Assembly: GCA_964650645.1 (NCBI GenBank)
Contig: CAZYUH010000001.1
Coordinates: 79,373 to 143,372 of the forward strand
Length of the DNA stretch: 64,000 bases
Origin: an uncultured Candidatus Saccharibacteria bacterium
GTDB lineage: Bacteria > Patescibacteriota > Minisyncoccia > Phycocordibacterales > SBAW01
Direction of reading: 5' to 3'
Shown: one piece after another, positions 50,273-62,868 of the stretch
How positions within the stretch are numbered: position 1 is the first letter of the stretch
How the letters are laid out: the number at the start of each line of letters is the position of its first letter
Program-made: the position numbers and the translations under genes
The notes under the pieces: model-generated
What the model was told of the DNA's origin: nothing
The model's database searches: none
Seen by the model: only the letters and a program-made list of their open reading frames with translations

Positions 50273-50998
50273 CTAGGCGCGCTCCTTGAGCCAGAGATAC
50301 ACGTGCGCGAACGCCAGGAACGACACGGGAATGGTGACGAGGAGGCCGACCAGGAGCGCCAGGAGGCCCAGGATGTTGAGGCCGAGGATGGCGAGCATGA
50401 ATAGCGCGATGCGCCACTTTACGCCGCTCGTAAGCGCGGTGCTTTTCGAAAGGCTCTCGAGCGCGCCTGCGCCGTCGATGACCGCGAGGCGGGCCATGGA
50501 GTAGCGGATGGCGAAGTAGAACGCGGCGCAGGCGGCCATGGCCATTATGACGATAGCGCCGGCTATCGCCCCGCCGTGGCCCGGCACCGCCGTCCCTTCG
50601 GAGAGGTTGATCGCTCCCGCCGACAAGAGGAGCGCGAGCGCCGCGAGCGCGCCGGCCGCCAGGGGCAGGAAGGAAATGATGCCGGTGAGGAGGCTCGCGC
50701 AGAAATACTTCCACACCAGGCCCACCGGAGGGATGATGTCGCGGTAGCGCGCGGGCTCCCCCTTCGCGAGCCTGAGGAATATGAGGGTCATGCCCGCGCC
50801 AAGGAAGATGCCGAGCACCGCCAGGACGACGGAGGCGACTGCGCCCATGAGCGTGTCCTGATACCCCCTCTGCACCGCGGAGGAGGCCACTTGAAGCGCG
50901 AACATGGTGAGCGTCACGCCGAACACCAGCCCCGAGTGGGCCCGTACCTTGCGCCACCCGAACAGGACCGCCTCCTTTATTGGGAATGATTGCGCCAT
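50273..50998 (-). CDS. Multi-pass membrane protein
   Basis: Several TM segments, ALESLSKS..GLLVTIPV. Confidence 0.75.
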   Translation of the reverse strand: MAQSFPIKEAVLFGWRKVRAHSGLVFGVTLTMFALQVASSAVQRGYQDTLMGAVASVVLAVLGIFLGAGMTLIFLRLAKGEPARYRDIIPPVGLVWKYFCASLLTGIISFLPLAAGALAALALLLSAGAINLSEGTAVPGHGGAIAGAIVIMAMAACAAFYFAIRYSMARLAVIDGAGALESLSKSTALTSGVKWRIALFMLAILGLNILGLLALLVGLLVTIPVSFLAFAHVYLWLKERA

Positions 50999-51027
50999 AC
51001 GCTGATAGTACACAATGCGGATGAAAA

Positions 51028-52749
51028 CTACCACCACACGCCCGGGACGCCGGCCGCTTTCATTTGCGCCCGCGTGACAGGGCCGAAGTAGCCCGCCGAC
51101 GGGGCGACGCCGCGCGCCGCCTGGTACTTAGCGAGCGCGGCTTTTGTGCGCGCGCCGAAGAAGCTGGTCTCATGCCCCGGCGCGCCCGCGCCGCTTGGCG
51201 CGAGGACGAAGCCGCCCGCATTGAGGAGCTTCTGGAGCGCCAGCACGTCATCGCCCGTCATGCCGAACATAAGGTCGCGAATCATTATATTGTCTGAAGA
51301 CTTAGTAATGACACTTGTGGAAGTCCCGAGGTTCCCAAAAAGATGCGGCCACTGTGACTTAAGGGCATTCGCTGCCGCTGTATTTCCCATATCCATCAGG
51401 TTCTTGACCCGAGACTGGATCGAGGAGCCGGAACGTGAACGAGAGTTCGAGCTGGAATCCGTCGGATCAGAAATGACAGAGCAATCGCTCGTTGTAAACG
51501 ACGCGTCGGGTTGCGTGCTGGTGCCGGCTATATTTACGGCATACGCCGCGTAATGGTAGGTCGTGTTGCACGAGAGGCCCGAGATCGATGCCGTGAACGC
51601 TCCGGCACTGAAGCTACCCGTCTCGGTGGTGGTTGCGGTATAGGAAGTGGTGGTGCCGTAGGCAAAGCCTCGGACCGTCACCGTGGCACTCCCGACATCA
51701 GTGATGGTACCGTTCCCGGTCACGCTCGTGGAAGCGATCGCGCTTGCCGCACCGGTCGTGACGACTGGCGGCGTGCTGAGTACGCCAGTCCAGACATCAG
51801 CAGATCTGACGACTCCGGCGACCTTCGCGCCGTCAGAGGATGACGTGATGGAGTACCATCCGCGGGGACCCGCACTCGTCTGAGCTGCCCACGTCGCGCC
51901 TGAGTCAAAAGAGGCGTAGTTATAGTCTGCGGTCGCAACGGCCGCAAGCCTCGTACCGTCGTCTGAGGAGGCTATAGATATCCAGCTCTTGATGCTCGAA
52001 TTCGTCTGCTCGGTCCAGGTAGCGCCAGAGTCGGTGGAGGTGTAAATGAGCCCGTTATACACCACAGCGGCGAGCTTTGTGCCATCAGAGGATGAGGTTA
52101 TAGCGTACCAGTTGCGGGTACCGGCATTCGTCTGCTCGGTCCAGGTGGCGCCGGAGTCGGTGGAGGTGTAGATGTCCCCGCCTTGGATGACTGCAGCGAG
52201 CTTCGTACCGTCATCTGAGGAGGCTATAGATATCCACGTACCACTACCAGACGCGGTCTGCTCGGTCCAGGTGGCGCCGGAGTCGGTGGAGGTGTAGATA
52301 TAGCCTCCGTTATCCACGGCGGCGAGCTTCGTACCGTCGCCAGAGGAAGCAATGTCATACCACCCCCGGATACCAGACGCGGTCTGCTCGGTCCAGGTAG
52401 CACCGGAATCGGTGGAGGTGTAGATATAGCCTCCATTATCGACGGCGGCAAGCTTCGTGCCGTCGTCTGAAGATGTTATGGAGGTCCAGTTCCGGCTACC
52501 GGCGGCCGTTCGATCGGTCCAGGTGGCACCGGAATCGGTGGAGGTATAGATATCGCCTCCGTATACGACAGCGGCGAGCTTCGTGCCGTCAGCGGAAGAG
52601 GTTATTGCGAACCATTCTCGACTACCGGCCGCAGTTTGATCGGTCCAGGTAATCGTTGCAGCAAACGCTGATACGGGAAGAATAAGACTAACAAGCAGGA
52701 GCAGTGCAGCTGAAGAGGCTCTAAGTCTGACTGCGCGATTTCGCATCAT
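51028..52749 (-). CDS. Secreted beta-propeller (BNR/Asp-box repeats) + FN3-like + PG-binding protein
   Basis: About seven repeats of ~43 aa (W.SI.SS.DG.KLAAV..GG.IYTSTDSGATW); C-terminal DVLALQKLLN..GYFGPVTRA. Confidence 0.85.
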   Translation of the reverse strand: MMRNRAVRLRASSAALLLLVSLILPVSAFAATITWTDQTAAGSREWFAITSSADGTKLAAVVYGGDIYTSTDSGATWTDRTAAGSRNWTSITSSDDGTKLAAVDNGGYIYTSTDSGATWTEQTASGIRGWYDIASSGDGTKLAAVDNGGYIYTSTDSGATWTEQTASGSGTWISIASSDDGTKLAAVIQGGDIYTSTDSGATWTEQTNAGTRNWYAITSSSDGTKLAAVVYNGLIYTSTDSGATWTEQTNSSIKSWISIASSDDGTRLAAVATADYNYASFDSGATWAAQTSAGPRGWYSITSSSDGAKVAGVVRSADVWTGVLSTPPVVTTGAASAIASTSVTGNGTITDVGSATVTVRGFAYGTTTSYTATTTETGSFSAGAFTASISGLSCNTTYHYAAYAVNIAGTSTQPDASFTTSDCSVISDPTDSSSNSRSRSGSSIQSRVKNLMDMGNTAAANALKSQWPHLFGNLGTSTSVITKSSDNIMIRDLMFGMTGDDVLALQKLLNAGGFVLAPSGAGAPGHETSFFGARTKAALAKYQAARGVAPSAGYFGPVTRAQMKAAGVPGVWW

Positions 52750-52994
52750 GTACATAACATTAGCATAAATCATGCTCGGTAGTCCGAAGATAAATGGACT
52801 TAATATCCATGAGCCTTTTACCCCCACTTCTTGAGTCGCATCGGAATAGCGAACAGGCTTTTATATGCAATGTCATTGCAGTTCGATTCCCGTCCCCTGT
52901 CTCAAAATCGGCCTTCCTGCTCTGTGACAACGACACAAAACTCCTCCGAATACAAGAATCGGAATCGAACTGGATATACGTTGAAAACGCTACA

Positions 52995-53037
52995 CAACAG
53001 AAAGAGCCAGCAACATATTTGCTGGCTCTTTCTGTTG
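52995..53037. terminator. Strong hairpin downstream of initiator tRNA
   Basis: caacagaaagagccagcaa-catat-ttgctggctctttctgttg. Confidence 0.65.
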
Positions 53038-53104
53038 AACATGGGGACCGGTACCGTACTGGCTTTGATGCCTGTCGGTACTGGTTCCTGGCGTCACAAC
53101 CGTG

Positions 53105-53176
53105 TTGCGGGGGCAGGAATTGCACCTGCGACCTTCAGGTTATGAGCCTGACGAGCTACTACTGCTCCACCCCGCT
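53105..53176 (-). tRNA. Initiator tRNA-fMet(CAT)
   Basis: AGCGGGGTGGAGCAG start, 1:72 mismatch, TCAGG-ctCATaa-CCTGA. Confidence 0.9.
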
Positions 53177-53261
53177 ATGCGGCATAGTATAGCAAATCGC
53201 GGCGGATTGCTCAACCGCTGCGCGCCCCAACTTGGAGGCGCCGCCTCCTGGCGCCGGATTC

Positions 53262-53861
53262 TTAAATCGCGCCGAATTCCTCAAACACGCGGCGGTACTG
53301 GTCTATGGCGGCCCTCGTGTCGCGCTCGGTAAGGGCGTAGGACTCGCCGCCGTGCGCTATCTCGTTGCGCACCTTGTGCGCCTTCCACGCGATATCGAGC
53401 GTCGTCATCTGGAACGGGTTCGCCATCTTGAGCTGCTCGCCCACCGACGCGCCCTCGTAGCCCGCCTGCGCGAGCACTGCCGCGAGCATGATGTCGGCCT
53501 CGAGTATCGCGCGCCGCCAATCGCTCGGGTTGCCCGATGACGCAAGCTCCATGACGCGCCTCCACCGCTCCTGCTGGGGCGGCAATGAAGCGGAGGCGTC
53601 CGCCGCCTTGACCGCGCGGCGCAGTTCCTTGGCATGGAACCCCTCGTGCTCGACGGTGACGAGCCGTATCTGCGTGTACACGACGAGTATGAGAAGGAGG
53701 AGCGTCAGCACCATGCCCCAGACGGCTATCTGCGTAGCCAGGAACGAGGCCCACGACGGCAGGGTATGCCAGATCCCGCCCGCGTCGAAGCCCCCGAAGA
53801 AATCGTAGACCCGGGTGAGGAGGTACTCGATGTTGAAAAAATGTACCGTACCGCTTTCCAC
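53262..53861 (-). CDS. Conserved hypothetical membrane-anchored protein
   Basis: WRRAILEAD..GEQLK..AWKAHKVRNEIAH; GTG start chosen to avoid overlap with gatA. Confidence 0.7.
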   Translation of the reverse strand: MESGTVHFFNIEYLLTRVYDFFGGFDAGGIWHTLPSWASFLATQIAVWGMVLTLLLLILVVYTQIRLVTVEHEGFHAKELRRAVKAADASASLPPQQERWRRVMELASSGNPSDWRRAILEADIMLAAVLAQAGYEGASVGEQLKMANPFQMTTLDIAWKAHKVRNEIAHGGESYALTERDTRAAIDQYRRVFEEFGAI

Positions 53862-53865
53862 CAAG

Positions 53866-55272
53866 CTATTGTAGCTCCTTTCCAAGCGCGAGGATCCCCT
53901 CTTCATCCCCATGCGCGCCCGTAAGCTGGAAGCCTACCGGCAGCCGCGCGCCGTCGCGCTCCACCGTCCCCATGGGCACGGAGAGCGCCGGGTTGCCCGT
54001 GATGTTCGCCGTTACGGTGAATATATCCAAAAGGTACATCGACAAGGGGTCGTGCTTCTCGCCTATCTTTATGGCCGGCGAGGGCGCGGTCGGCGTCGCT
54101 ATGGCGTCGACGCCCGCAAGCGCCTCGGCGTACGCGCGCGCGAGCATGTTGCGGGCGGCAAGCGCGCGGCCGTAGTACGCGTCGTAGTAGCCCGACGAGA
54201 GCACGTAGGTGCCCAGCATGATGCGCCGGCGCGCCTCGGGGCCGAACCCTTCCGCGCGGCTCGCCGCATAATCGTCCGCCAGACTGCCGCCCTTGCGCGA
54301 GAGCCCGTAGCGCACGCCGTCGAAGCGCGCCAGGTTGGACGACACTTCGGCGGGCATGATGACGTAGTACGCGGCGAGCGCGAGCGACGGCGACGGCAGC
54401 TCGATGTCCACAAGCTCATAGCCCTTCGCCTTGAGCGCTTCAAGCGACGCCTCGAACCGCGCGAGCACGTCGGCGTCCACACCTTCTTTTAACAGCGCGC
54501 GCGGCACGCCTATCTTCTTTACCGCCGCGCGCGGCGCGTACAACCCGTCCCCGAAGGTCGTGCTGTCCAGCGGGTCGCGGCCCCGTATCGCGTCGTATAT
54601 GAGCCGCGCGTCCTCGGCGGTCTTCGCCAAGGGCCCCGCCTGATCGAGACTCGACCCCATGGCGATGAGCCCGAAGCGCGACACGCGGCCGTAGGTGGGC
54701 TTGAGCCCGGCGAGCCCGCAGAAGCTCGCCGGCTCGCGTATCGAGCCGCCGGTATCAGTGCCCAAAGCGCCCAGGCACATGCCGGCCGCGACCGCGGCGG
54801 CCGAGCCGCCCGAAGAGCCGCCCGGCACGCGCGACGGGTCTACCGGATTGCGGGTCGGGCCGAACGCGGAATTCTCGGTCGAGGAGCCCATGGCGAATTC
54901 GTCCATGTTGGCGCGGCCTACGAACACCGCGCCCGCCTCCTTGAGCTTGCGTATTATCGTCGCGTCGTAGGTCGCGACGTAGCCCTCGAGCATCTTCGAG
55001 GCTGCCGACGCGACGCGGCCTTCTATAAGTATGTTGTCCTTTATGGCAAGGGGGATGCCGAGCAAGGGGTGGCGCTCGCCCGCCGCACGGCGCGCGTCGG
55101 CGGCCTCGGCCTGCGCGATGACGTCGTCGTACACCTCGAGGAATATATTGAGCTCCTTGTTTTTGGCTTCGATTTCCGCGAGGCACGCGCGCGCAAGGTC
55201 AACGGCGGTCAGCTCTCCCGCAGCCATCTTCTTCCCCGCCTCGGCAATTGTAAGATCCGCCAAGCTATTCAT
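53866..55272 (-). CDS. gatA: Asp/Glu-tRNA amidotransferase subunit A
   Basis: IKDNI, NMDEFAMGSS, GGSSGGS, GTDTGGSIR, RRIMLGTYVLS. Confidence 0.96.
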   Translation of the reverse strand: MNSLADLTIAEAGKKMAAGELTAVDLARACLAEIEAKNKELNIFLEVYDDVIAQAEAADARRAAGERHPLLGIPLAIKDNILIEGRVASAASKMLEGYVATYDATIIRKLKEAGAVFVGRANMDEFAMGSSTENSAFGPTRNPVDPSRVPGGSSGGSAAAVAAGMCLGALGTDTGGSIREPASFCGLAGLKPTYGRVSRFGLIAMGSSLDQAGPLAKTAEDARLIYDAIRGRDPLDSTTFGDGLYAPRAAVKKIGVPRALLKEGVDADVLARFEASLEALKAKGYELVDIELPSPSLALAAYYVIMPAEVSSNLARFDGVRYGLSRKGGSLADDYAASRAEGFGPEARRRIMLGTYVLSSGYYDAYYGRALAARNMLARAYAEALAGVDAIATPTAPSPAIKIGEKHDPLSMYLLDIFTVTANITGNPALSVPMGTVERDGARLPVGFQLTGAHGDEEGILALGKELQ

Positions 55273-55567
55273 TTTTCTGTATTATCTTGCGCACGACGTT
55301 GAAATCCCCTTCGCGTGACGGGAACGCGGCGCGCAGGGCCTCTTCCTTTCCGGCGAGCGGGTCTTCTTCGCCGCGCGGCGCGTCCTCGCGCATCACGTTG
55401 CGCCACGCGCCCGGGTCCTCCTTCTTCTCCGGCATGGGCACTTCGGAGACCTGCCCGACGTAGTCGAGTATGCTCGATATGTCCTTCTGCAGGACCTCCT
55501 CCTCCTGCGGCGAAAGCCTCAGGCGCGCGAGCCCCGCCAGGGTGCGTACGTCGTCCAGGGAAATCAT
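55265..55567 (-). CDS. gatC: Asp/Glu-tRNA amidotransferase subunit C
   Basis: LARL..ILDYV..NVMRED; directly upstream of gatA. Confidence 0.92.
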   Translation of the reverse strand: MISLDDVRTLAGLARLRLSPQEEEVLQKDISSILDYVGQVSEVPMPEKKEDPGAWRNVMREDAPRGEEDPLAGKEEALRAAFPSREGDFNVVRKIIQKNE

Positions 55568-55581
55568 GAGGCCACTATACC

Positions 55582-58137
<2,556 letters not shown>

Positions 58138-58701
58138 TCATTGCCAGTCGAGGAGGTTCTCCCGCACGAATATGTTGCGCGTTACGCCCGACTGCGCGCG
58201 CCACGAGACGGTCACCGTGAGCACCTCCTCGTCCGTGGCCCCGTCGGGCGGCGGTTCGAGCTTCACCGTGCGCCTGAACAGCTGGGGCGTCTGGTTGCCG
58301 TCGGTATAGCTGTAGTATACGTGGCCCGCGCCGTCATCGTACCTCTTTATGTAGGCGCACGCGCCGCTGCAGGCGTCGATGGTGCCCGACGACGGGTCCA
58401 CCGTGCAGCCATCCGCGCCCGTGCACGCGTCGAGGCTGGTGAGCCACGGGTTGCCGGAGAGCTTATTGGTATCGCGCACGAAGCGCACGTACTCGACGGC
58501 GTCCTGCGCCAGGTAGAACGCCATCATCTGGTCGCGGGCTATGAGCGACGCGGAGAGGCCCTTGGAGGCTATGGTGAGCGGCGCCGCTATGGCGGTAGAG
58601 AGCAAGAGCACGGCGACGAGCGTTTCGATGAGCGTGAAGCCCGCTGCCCTCCCGGCGGCGTTCTTGATGTGAGCGAGCGTGCGGCGGAGGTTATTGGTCA
58701 T
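58138..58701 (-). CDS. Prepilin-type (PilV-like) protein
   Basis: GFTLIETLVA..AFYLAQDAVEYVR. Confidence 0.85.
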   Translation of the reverse strand: MTNNLRRTLAHIKNAAGRAAGFTLIETLVAVLLLSTAIAAPLTIASKGLSASLIARDQMMAFYLAQDAVEYVRFVRDTNKLSGNPWLTSLDACTGADGCTVDPSSGTIDACSGACAYIKRYDDGAGHVYYSYTDGNQTPQLFRRTVKLEPPPDGATDEEVLTVTVSWRAQSGVTRNIFVRENLLDWQ

Positions 58702-59272
58702 ACAATCGCTGGGTTACGCTGGTCTGGAGGTCGAAGGTAGAGGTCTGCGACACGCTCACGTCCACTTCGCCCGACAGGAGGATGACTATATGCGGCTGGA
58801 CCTGCGCGTCGGTCGCGCCGGTCACGTAGAACTGGAGGTTCGTGATGGTCACTTCGGTCGACGTGAGCGGCGCGTAGGAAGACCCGTTCTTCGACACCAG
58901 CACGGCCGTCCCCGAGGAGCTGCAGGCGTCCCCGTTGCCGCGGCAGTACCGCACGGTCTGCCCTTCCGCCGACAGGAACGCGATGGACGACGCGCCCGAG
59001 CTCGACTGGTTGCAGTCGCGCGGGTCCGTAACGGGCAGCACCGAGACGTCGCAGTGGTAGTTCACGCCGGTGCGCATGGCGCGCGACATCGCGTCGAGGG
59101 AGAAGTTCAGGTTATTGATGACCGACTTGAGCGCCTGCGCCTTGCGGTCGCTCTCGGCCATCGCCAGGAGCGCGCCGAGCGCTATCGTCATGACGGTCGT
59201 GAATATCGCCACCGAGACGAGCACCTCGATGAGCGTGAACCCCTTCTTGGACTGTAGCGTGCGGTATCTCAT
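58691..59272 (-). CDS. Prepilin-type (PilW-like) protein
   Basis: KKGFTLIEVLVS. Confidence 0.85.
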   Translation of the reverse strand: MRYRTLQSKKGFTLIEVLVSVAIFTTVMTIALGALLAMAESDRKAQALKSVINNLNFSLDAMSRAMRTGVNYHCDVSVLPVTDPRDCNQSSSGASSIAFLSAEGQTVRYCRGNGDACSSSGTAVLVSKNGSSYAPLTSTEVTITNLQFYVTGATDAQVQPHIVILLSGEVDVSVSQTSTFDLQTSVTQRLYDQ

Positions 59273-59273
59273 A

Positions 59274-59990
59274 TCAGCAGGCGGCGACTCCGGCGGAGTC
59301 AAGGTTAGGCTTGCACACCACAATCTGCCCGGTGCCGGTTATCTTTATGGTGCGGTAATTGCTCCCTCCGGCCGCCTTCACCTGCACGTAGGCGTAGTCG
59401 TACACCGGCGCGGCGCCCTCGGCGCACGCCGCCGCGCTCTGGTCTGTGGAAAAGCACGCGTCGGGGTTGGGCCGGCGGAAATAGGCATTGAGGTAGGTTA
59501 TGGTTGGGCTGGTACCGACACCGCACTGGTCGCCCGAGCTGGCATGGACGCAGAAATTGCTTATGAGGTAATCGGTCCCCTTGCCGTTGCCTATGGTAAA
59601 GCGCGGCAGCTCCTCGCCAGCATCATACTGGCCGCCGCCGTCCGCGTCGGCGTACATGAGGTAGTGGCTGTTGTCCACGAGCCCGTTGTTGCCGAAGTAT
59701 ACGCCGTACCCGCTCGCGAACACGCCCGAGCCCGCGGCGCTCTCGCGCACCGAGTTGCCGTACACCTGCGCCTGCCGCATCGTGAGCGCGATGCTGTAGG
59801 AGAGGCTGCGCAGAAGGGTCGAGCTGTTGAACCCCTGCTGGCGGAACAGGATGAAGCCGGTAATGAGCACTATGATGGCAGACACCACCAAAAGCTCGAT
59901 GAGCGTGAAGCCCGCCGCGGCGCGCGGCAGGTTGCGGCGCGCGCGGAGTCGCTTAGAAAAGAAGCTCGATATGCGGGAAAAGATCGGCAT
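59274..59990 (-). CDS. Prepilin-type (FimT/GspH-like) protein
   Basis: [17 protein letters not shown]. Confidence 0.85.
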   Translation of the reverse strand: MPIFSRISSFFSKRLRARRNLPRAAAGFTLIELLVVSAIIVLITGFILFRQQGFNSSTLLRSLSYSIALTMRQAQVYGNSVRESAAGSGVFASGYGVYFGNNGLVDNSHYLMYADADGGGQYDAGEELPRFTIGNGKGTDYLISNFCVHASSGDQCGVGTSPTITYLNAYFRRPNPDACFSTDQSAAACAEGAAPVYDYAYVQVKAAGGSNYRTIKITGTGQIVVCKPNLDSAGVAAC

Positions 59991-60723
59991 GGAAGAAATA
60001 AGCGATGGCGCACCCGAGTACGAGGAACGGCGCGAAGGGCACCTCGCTTCCCATTGTATATCTCTTTTTCGCCATCGCGATGAGGAGCACTCCCGCTATG
60101 GCGCCCGTCCAGAACGCCGCGAGGAGCGCCGTAAGCCCGAGCGTTATCCCCAGGAACCAGCCCAATGAGAGCTCGAGGACGCCGTCGCCCCACCCCATCC
60201 ACCGGCCGCCCGAGACGAGCGATATAAGGAGGAGCGGCGCGGCGAGCGCCGGGCCCGCCCACCACTGCCCCATGGCCCCGCCCGGGTATCCTGCGGCGCC
60301 GAGCGCCACCCCCGCGAGCGCGAGCGCCATGAGCGCCAGCGACGCCGACCACGGGATAATGAAATGCCGCAGGTCGTACACGACCACGAACAGGAGCGTG
60401 AGCCACACGGCGAGCCAGTACGCGAACCACGGCGTCGGGCCCGTCTGCAGAAGCACCCCGACGGCGAGCAGGCCCGCGATCGCCTCGACCGCCGGATACT
60501 GCCATGAAATTTTTGCGCGGCAGTAGCGGCAGCGGCCGCGAAGGAACGCGAAGGAAAGCAGGGGAACGAGGTCGGCCGCTTTCAGCTCATGAGCGCAGCG
60601 CATGCAGGCCGAGCGCCCGCGCAGGACCGACGAGCCGGTGTTAAAGCGGAAGAGGAGCGCGTTGAGGAAGCTTCCGAGTATGGCGCCGAGCCCGCCGGCG
60701 TAGATAAGCGCGGCAAGCGTCAT
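59953..60723 (-). CDS. pilD: Prepilin peptidase
   Basis: GSFLN, RSACMRC, GRCRYC..YPAVE, YD, MGWGD, PFAPFL. Confidence 0.93.
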   Translation of the reverse strand: MTLAALIYAGGLGAILGSFLNALLFRFNTGSSVLRGRSACMRCAHELKAADLVPLLSFAFLRGRCRYCRAKISWQYPAVEAIAGLLAVGVLLQTGPTPWFAYWLAVWLTLLFVVVYDLRHFIIPWSASLALMALALAGVALGAAGYPGGAMGQWWAGPALAAPLLLISLVSGGRWMGWGDGVLELSLGWFLGITLGLTALLAAFWTGAIAGVLLIAMAKKRYTMGSEVPFAPFLVLGCAIAYFFHADLFPHIELLF

Positions 60724-61334
60724 TAGGGGGCGACGTCGTAGCAGGTCTCGGTGCCGCCCGGCTGGGCCGTCCCCCCGGTGGCGTTGCAGCCGGCAGTCGC
60801 GGCGCTCAGGCCGTTGAAGGTGGATGCGCTCGCCGTGCACCGCGCAAGGTTCGTATACAGGTATGTTCCCCCGCTGTCGGCATCGACATCCCTGGTAAGC
60901 CCGCCGTCGGTTATATCCTCGAGCGTGGCCCCCAGGTGGTAGGACAGGGGCGGGCGCGACGAGTCATTGCACACGAGGCTGCCGCCCGTGGTGCCCGGCG
61001 TATAGGCGACGTACTTGTAGCATCCGGTTGGCGTACTGCTGGTGCACGCCGAGCTGTTAGTGGGGTCGGTGGGCACGACGGGCAGATAGGCCGGGGCAAG
61101 GCCGCTGGCGGGAGCGGACCCGGACGTGGAGTAGATGTTCACCGGATACATGCCGTTGTCGGTGTAGTAGAGCGAGAGCGCCAGCTGTATGGACTTTATG
61201 TCCGCCTGGCGCCGCGCGTCGCGCGATTTCGCCTTCGCGCCCGAGAGCGAGACCATGACGATGCTCGCCAGGATGCCGATAATCGCGATGACGACCAGGA
61301 GCTCGATGAGCGTGAAGCCTTTGGTGGTGCGCAT
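60723..61334 (-). CDS. Type IV pilin / GspG-like
   Basis: [34 protein letters not shown]. Confidence 0.9.
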   Translation of the reverse strand: MRTTKGFTLIELLVVIAIIGILASIVMVSLSGAKAKSRDARRQADIKSIQLALSLYYTDNGMYPVNIYSTSGSAPASGLAPAYLPVVPTDPTNSSACTSSTPTGCYKYVAYTPGTTGGSLVCNDSSRPPLSYHLGATLEDITDGGLTRDVDADSGGTYLYTNLARCTASASTFNGLSAATAGCNATGGTAQPGGTETCYDVAP

Positions 61335-61361
61335 GGGTTCAGTATACCCCCTTGTTTCGGG

Positions 61362-62771
61362 CTAGCGCAGGCCGGTAATGACCCAATAAGGCTCCTGAAG
61401 AGACTCCGAGCCGTAGGCGGGAGTGTCCCACTCCCGGTCGTCTACGGTCATGACGTAGTATTCGTCCGGATTGAACGCGCGGCCGAGCGCCGAGAAGTCG
61501 GCGACCCAGTGCTCGCCGTCGCCGGAAGGGTTCAGGTGGATGGTATCGCTCAGGTCTTCCCAATCAGGGCAGCTGGCGGCGTGCGAAGCGTCGGCGAAGC
61601 AGCTGATGGTTATAAGCCAAGGGTGGAACAGATTCCACTCGCCGTAATTCCAGTCCTTGGAGAGCGTGACGGTCTGGATGACGCCGCCGCCCATGCCCGA
61701 GCCCGGACCCAGGTCAATAGTGGCCACGGACGACTCGGGTGTATCCGTAAAGCCGGAGGCTCCTTCCAGATCGCACTGGCGCCAAGTGCCGGTGCTTTCC
61801 CCGCACAAGTAGCTCTCGTCGGGCTGGGAGGCCATGACGTACAGCTCCGGCTCGGCCGCTACCTGCTCGACAATCACGGAGAACGTGCTCGTGGCGCCGT
61901 TGCCGGCGGCGTCCTGCGCCGCGCAGGAGACCGTAGTGGTGCCTACAGCGAACGCGGAGCCGGATGCGGGCGCGCACGACACCTCTACGGACGCGTCGAC
62001 GTTGTCGGTAGCGGCCGGAAGCGCGTATGCCACTTCGACGGCATCTTCGGTAGTGGTCGCGAAAACGTCCTCGTGCGCCGCAATGACCGGCGCTTCGGTA
62101 TCGGCCGGAGGCAGAACGCTTACGGTAAACGACGACGGTATGGCCGCATTGCCCCAGCTGTCGGCCGCCGTGCAGGAAACAAGCGTATTCCCCACCGGGA
62201 AGAAGTATCCCGAGGCGGGCGCGCAATCCACCGCTACCAAGTTTCCGTAATGATCGGTCGCCGGAGGATTGACGTACTCCACCACCGAACCCGAGGCGGG
62301 GTCCGCGAGCTGCACCGAGATATCGGAGTGGGCCGCGATGACGGGCGGAACGGTATTAGTGCCGACGCGCACCGCCCCGGAAAGAGCGAAGACGCCTCCG
62401 GCCTGCTTGCCGCAGTTATTAGCCGCGTCGGCGATGAAATTCGCGTTATAGAGTCCCGGCTGTCCGGGAGCCTTGATAGTGAACGTCTCGGTGAACACTC
62501 CCTCGTCATTGTTGCGGGTCCCCTCCTTGGCGTTCTTGGTGTTGACGCACGTGCCCGTCACGGATCCCGTACTGACGCCCCAATTGACGCCCTTCCACTT
62601 GCTGGAATCGGTAAGCTCGGCCGTGACGGAGACCGTGATGTTCCCTCCGGGATCCACCTGCACCGAGGAGCCGTTATTGAGGGTGGCGGAAGTAATCGTG
62701 ACCGATGCCGAAGCGAGCGCGGGAACCAGGAACCCGAGGCTTATAAGGAGACCGGCGAGTGCTTTTGTCAT
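61362..62771 (-). CDS. Secreted HYR-domain protein
   Basis: Two HYR-like repeats (PPVI..ATD..CAPASG..F.VG.T.VSC.A.D..GN). Confidence 0.85.
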   Translation of the reverse strand: MTKALAGLLISLGFLVPALASASVTITSATLNNGSSVQVDPGGNITVSVTAELTDSSKWKGVNWGVSTGSVTGTCVNTKNAKEGTRNNDEGVFTETFTIKAPGQPGLYNANFIADAANNCGKQAGGVFALSGAVRVGTNTVPPVIAAHSDISVQLADPASGSVVEYVNPPATDHYGNLVAVDCAPASGYFFPVGNTLVSCTAADSWGNAAIPSSFTVSVLPPADTEAPVIAAHEDVFATTTEDAVEVAYALPAATDNVDASVEVSCAPASGSAFAVGTTTVSCAAQDAAGNGATSTFSVIVEQVAAEPELYVMASQPDESYLCGESTGTWRQCDLEGASGFTDTPESSVATIDLGPGSGMGGGVIQTVTLSKDWNYGEWNLFHPWLITISCFADASHAASCPDWEDLSDTIHLNPSGDGEHWVADFSALGRAFNPDEYYVMTVDDREWDTPAYGSESLQEPYWVITGLR

Positions 62772-62822
62772 ATGCCTTTACGGTAGCACGCCCCGCACGG
62801 GGCGCAAACGGAAGGCCGCGCA

Positions 62823-62859
62823 AAAAACACCCCCGGCCGCATGCGGCCGGGGGTGTTTT
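62823..62859 (-). terminator. Intrinsic terminator after pilin gene
   Basis: aaaacacccccggccgcatgcggccgggggtgtttt. Confidence 0.75.
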
Positions 62860-62868
62860 CCAGCGGAT

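Noticed and set aside
51850-52650. ~130-bp tandem nucleotide repeats as a CRISPR-like array
   Set aside because: They are in-frame BNR/propeller repeats of a protein and have no unique spacers.
53262-53861. RNEIAH (Rx4H) protein as a HEPN defence toxin
   Set aside because: It sits directly after gatA with host-like codons and looks like a conserved core membrane protein; there is no defence context.
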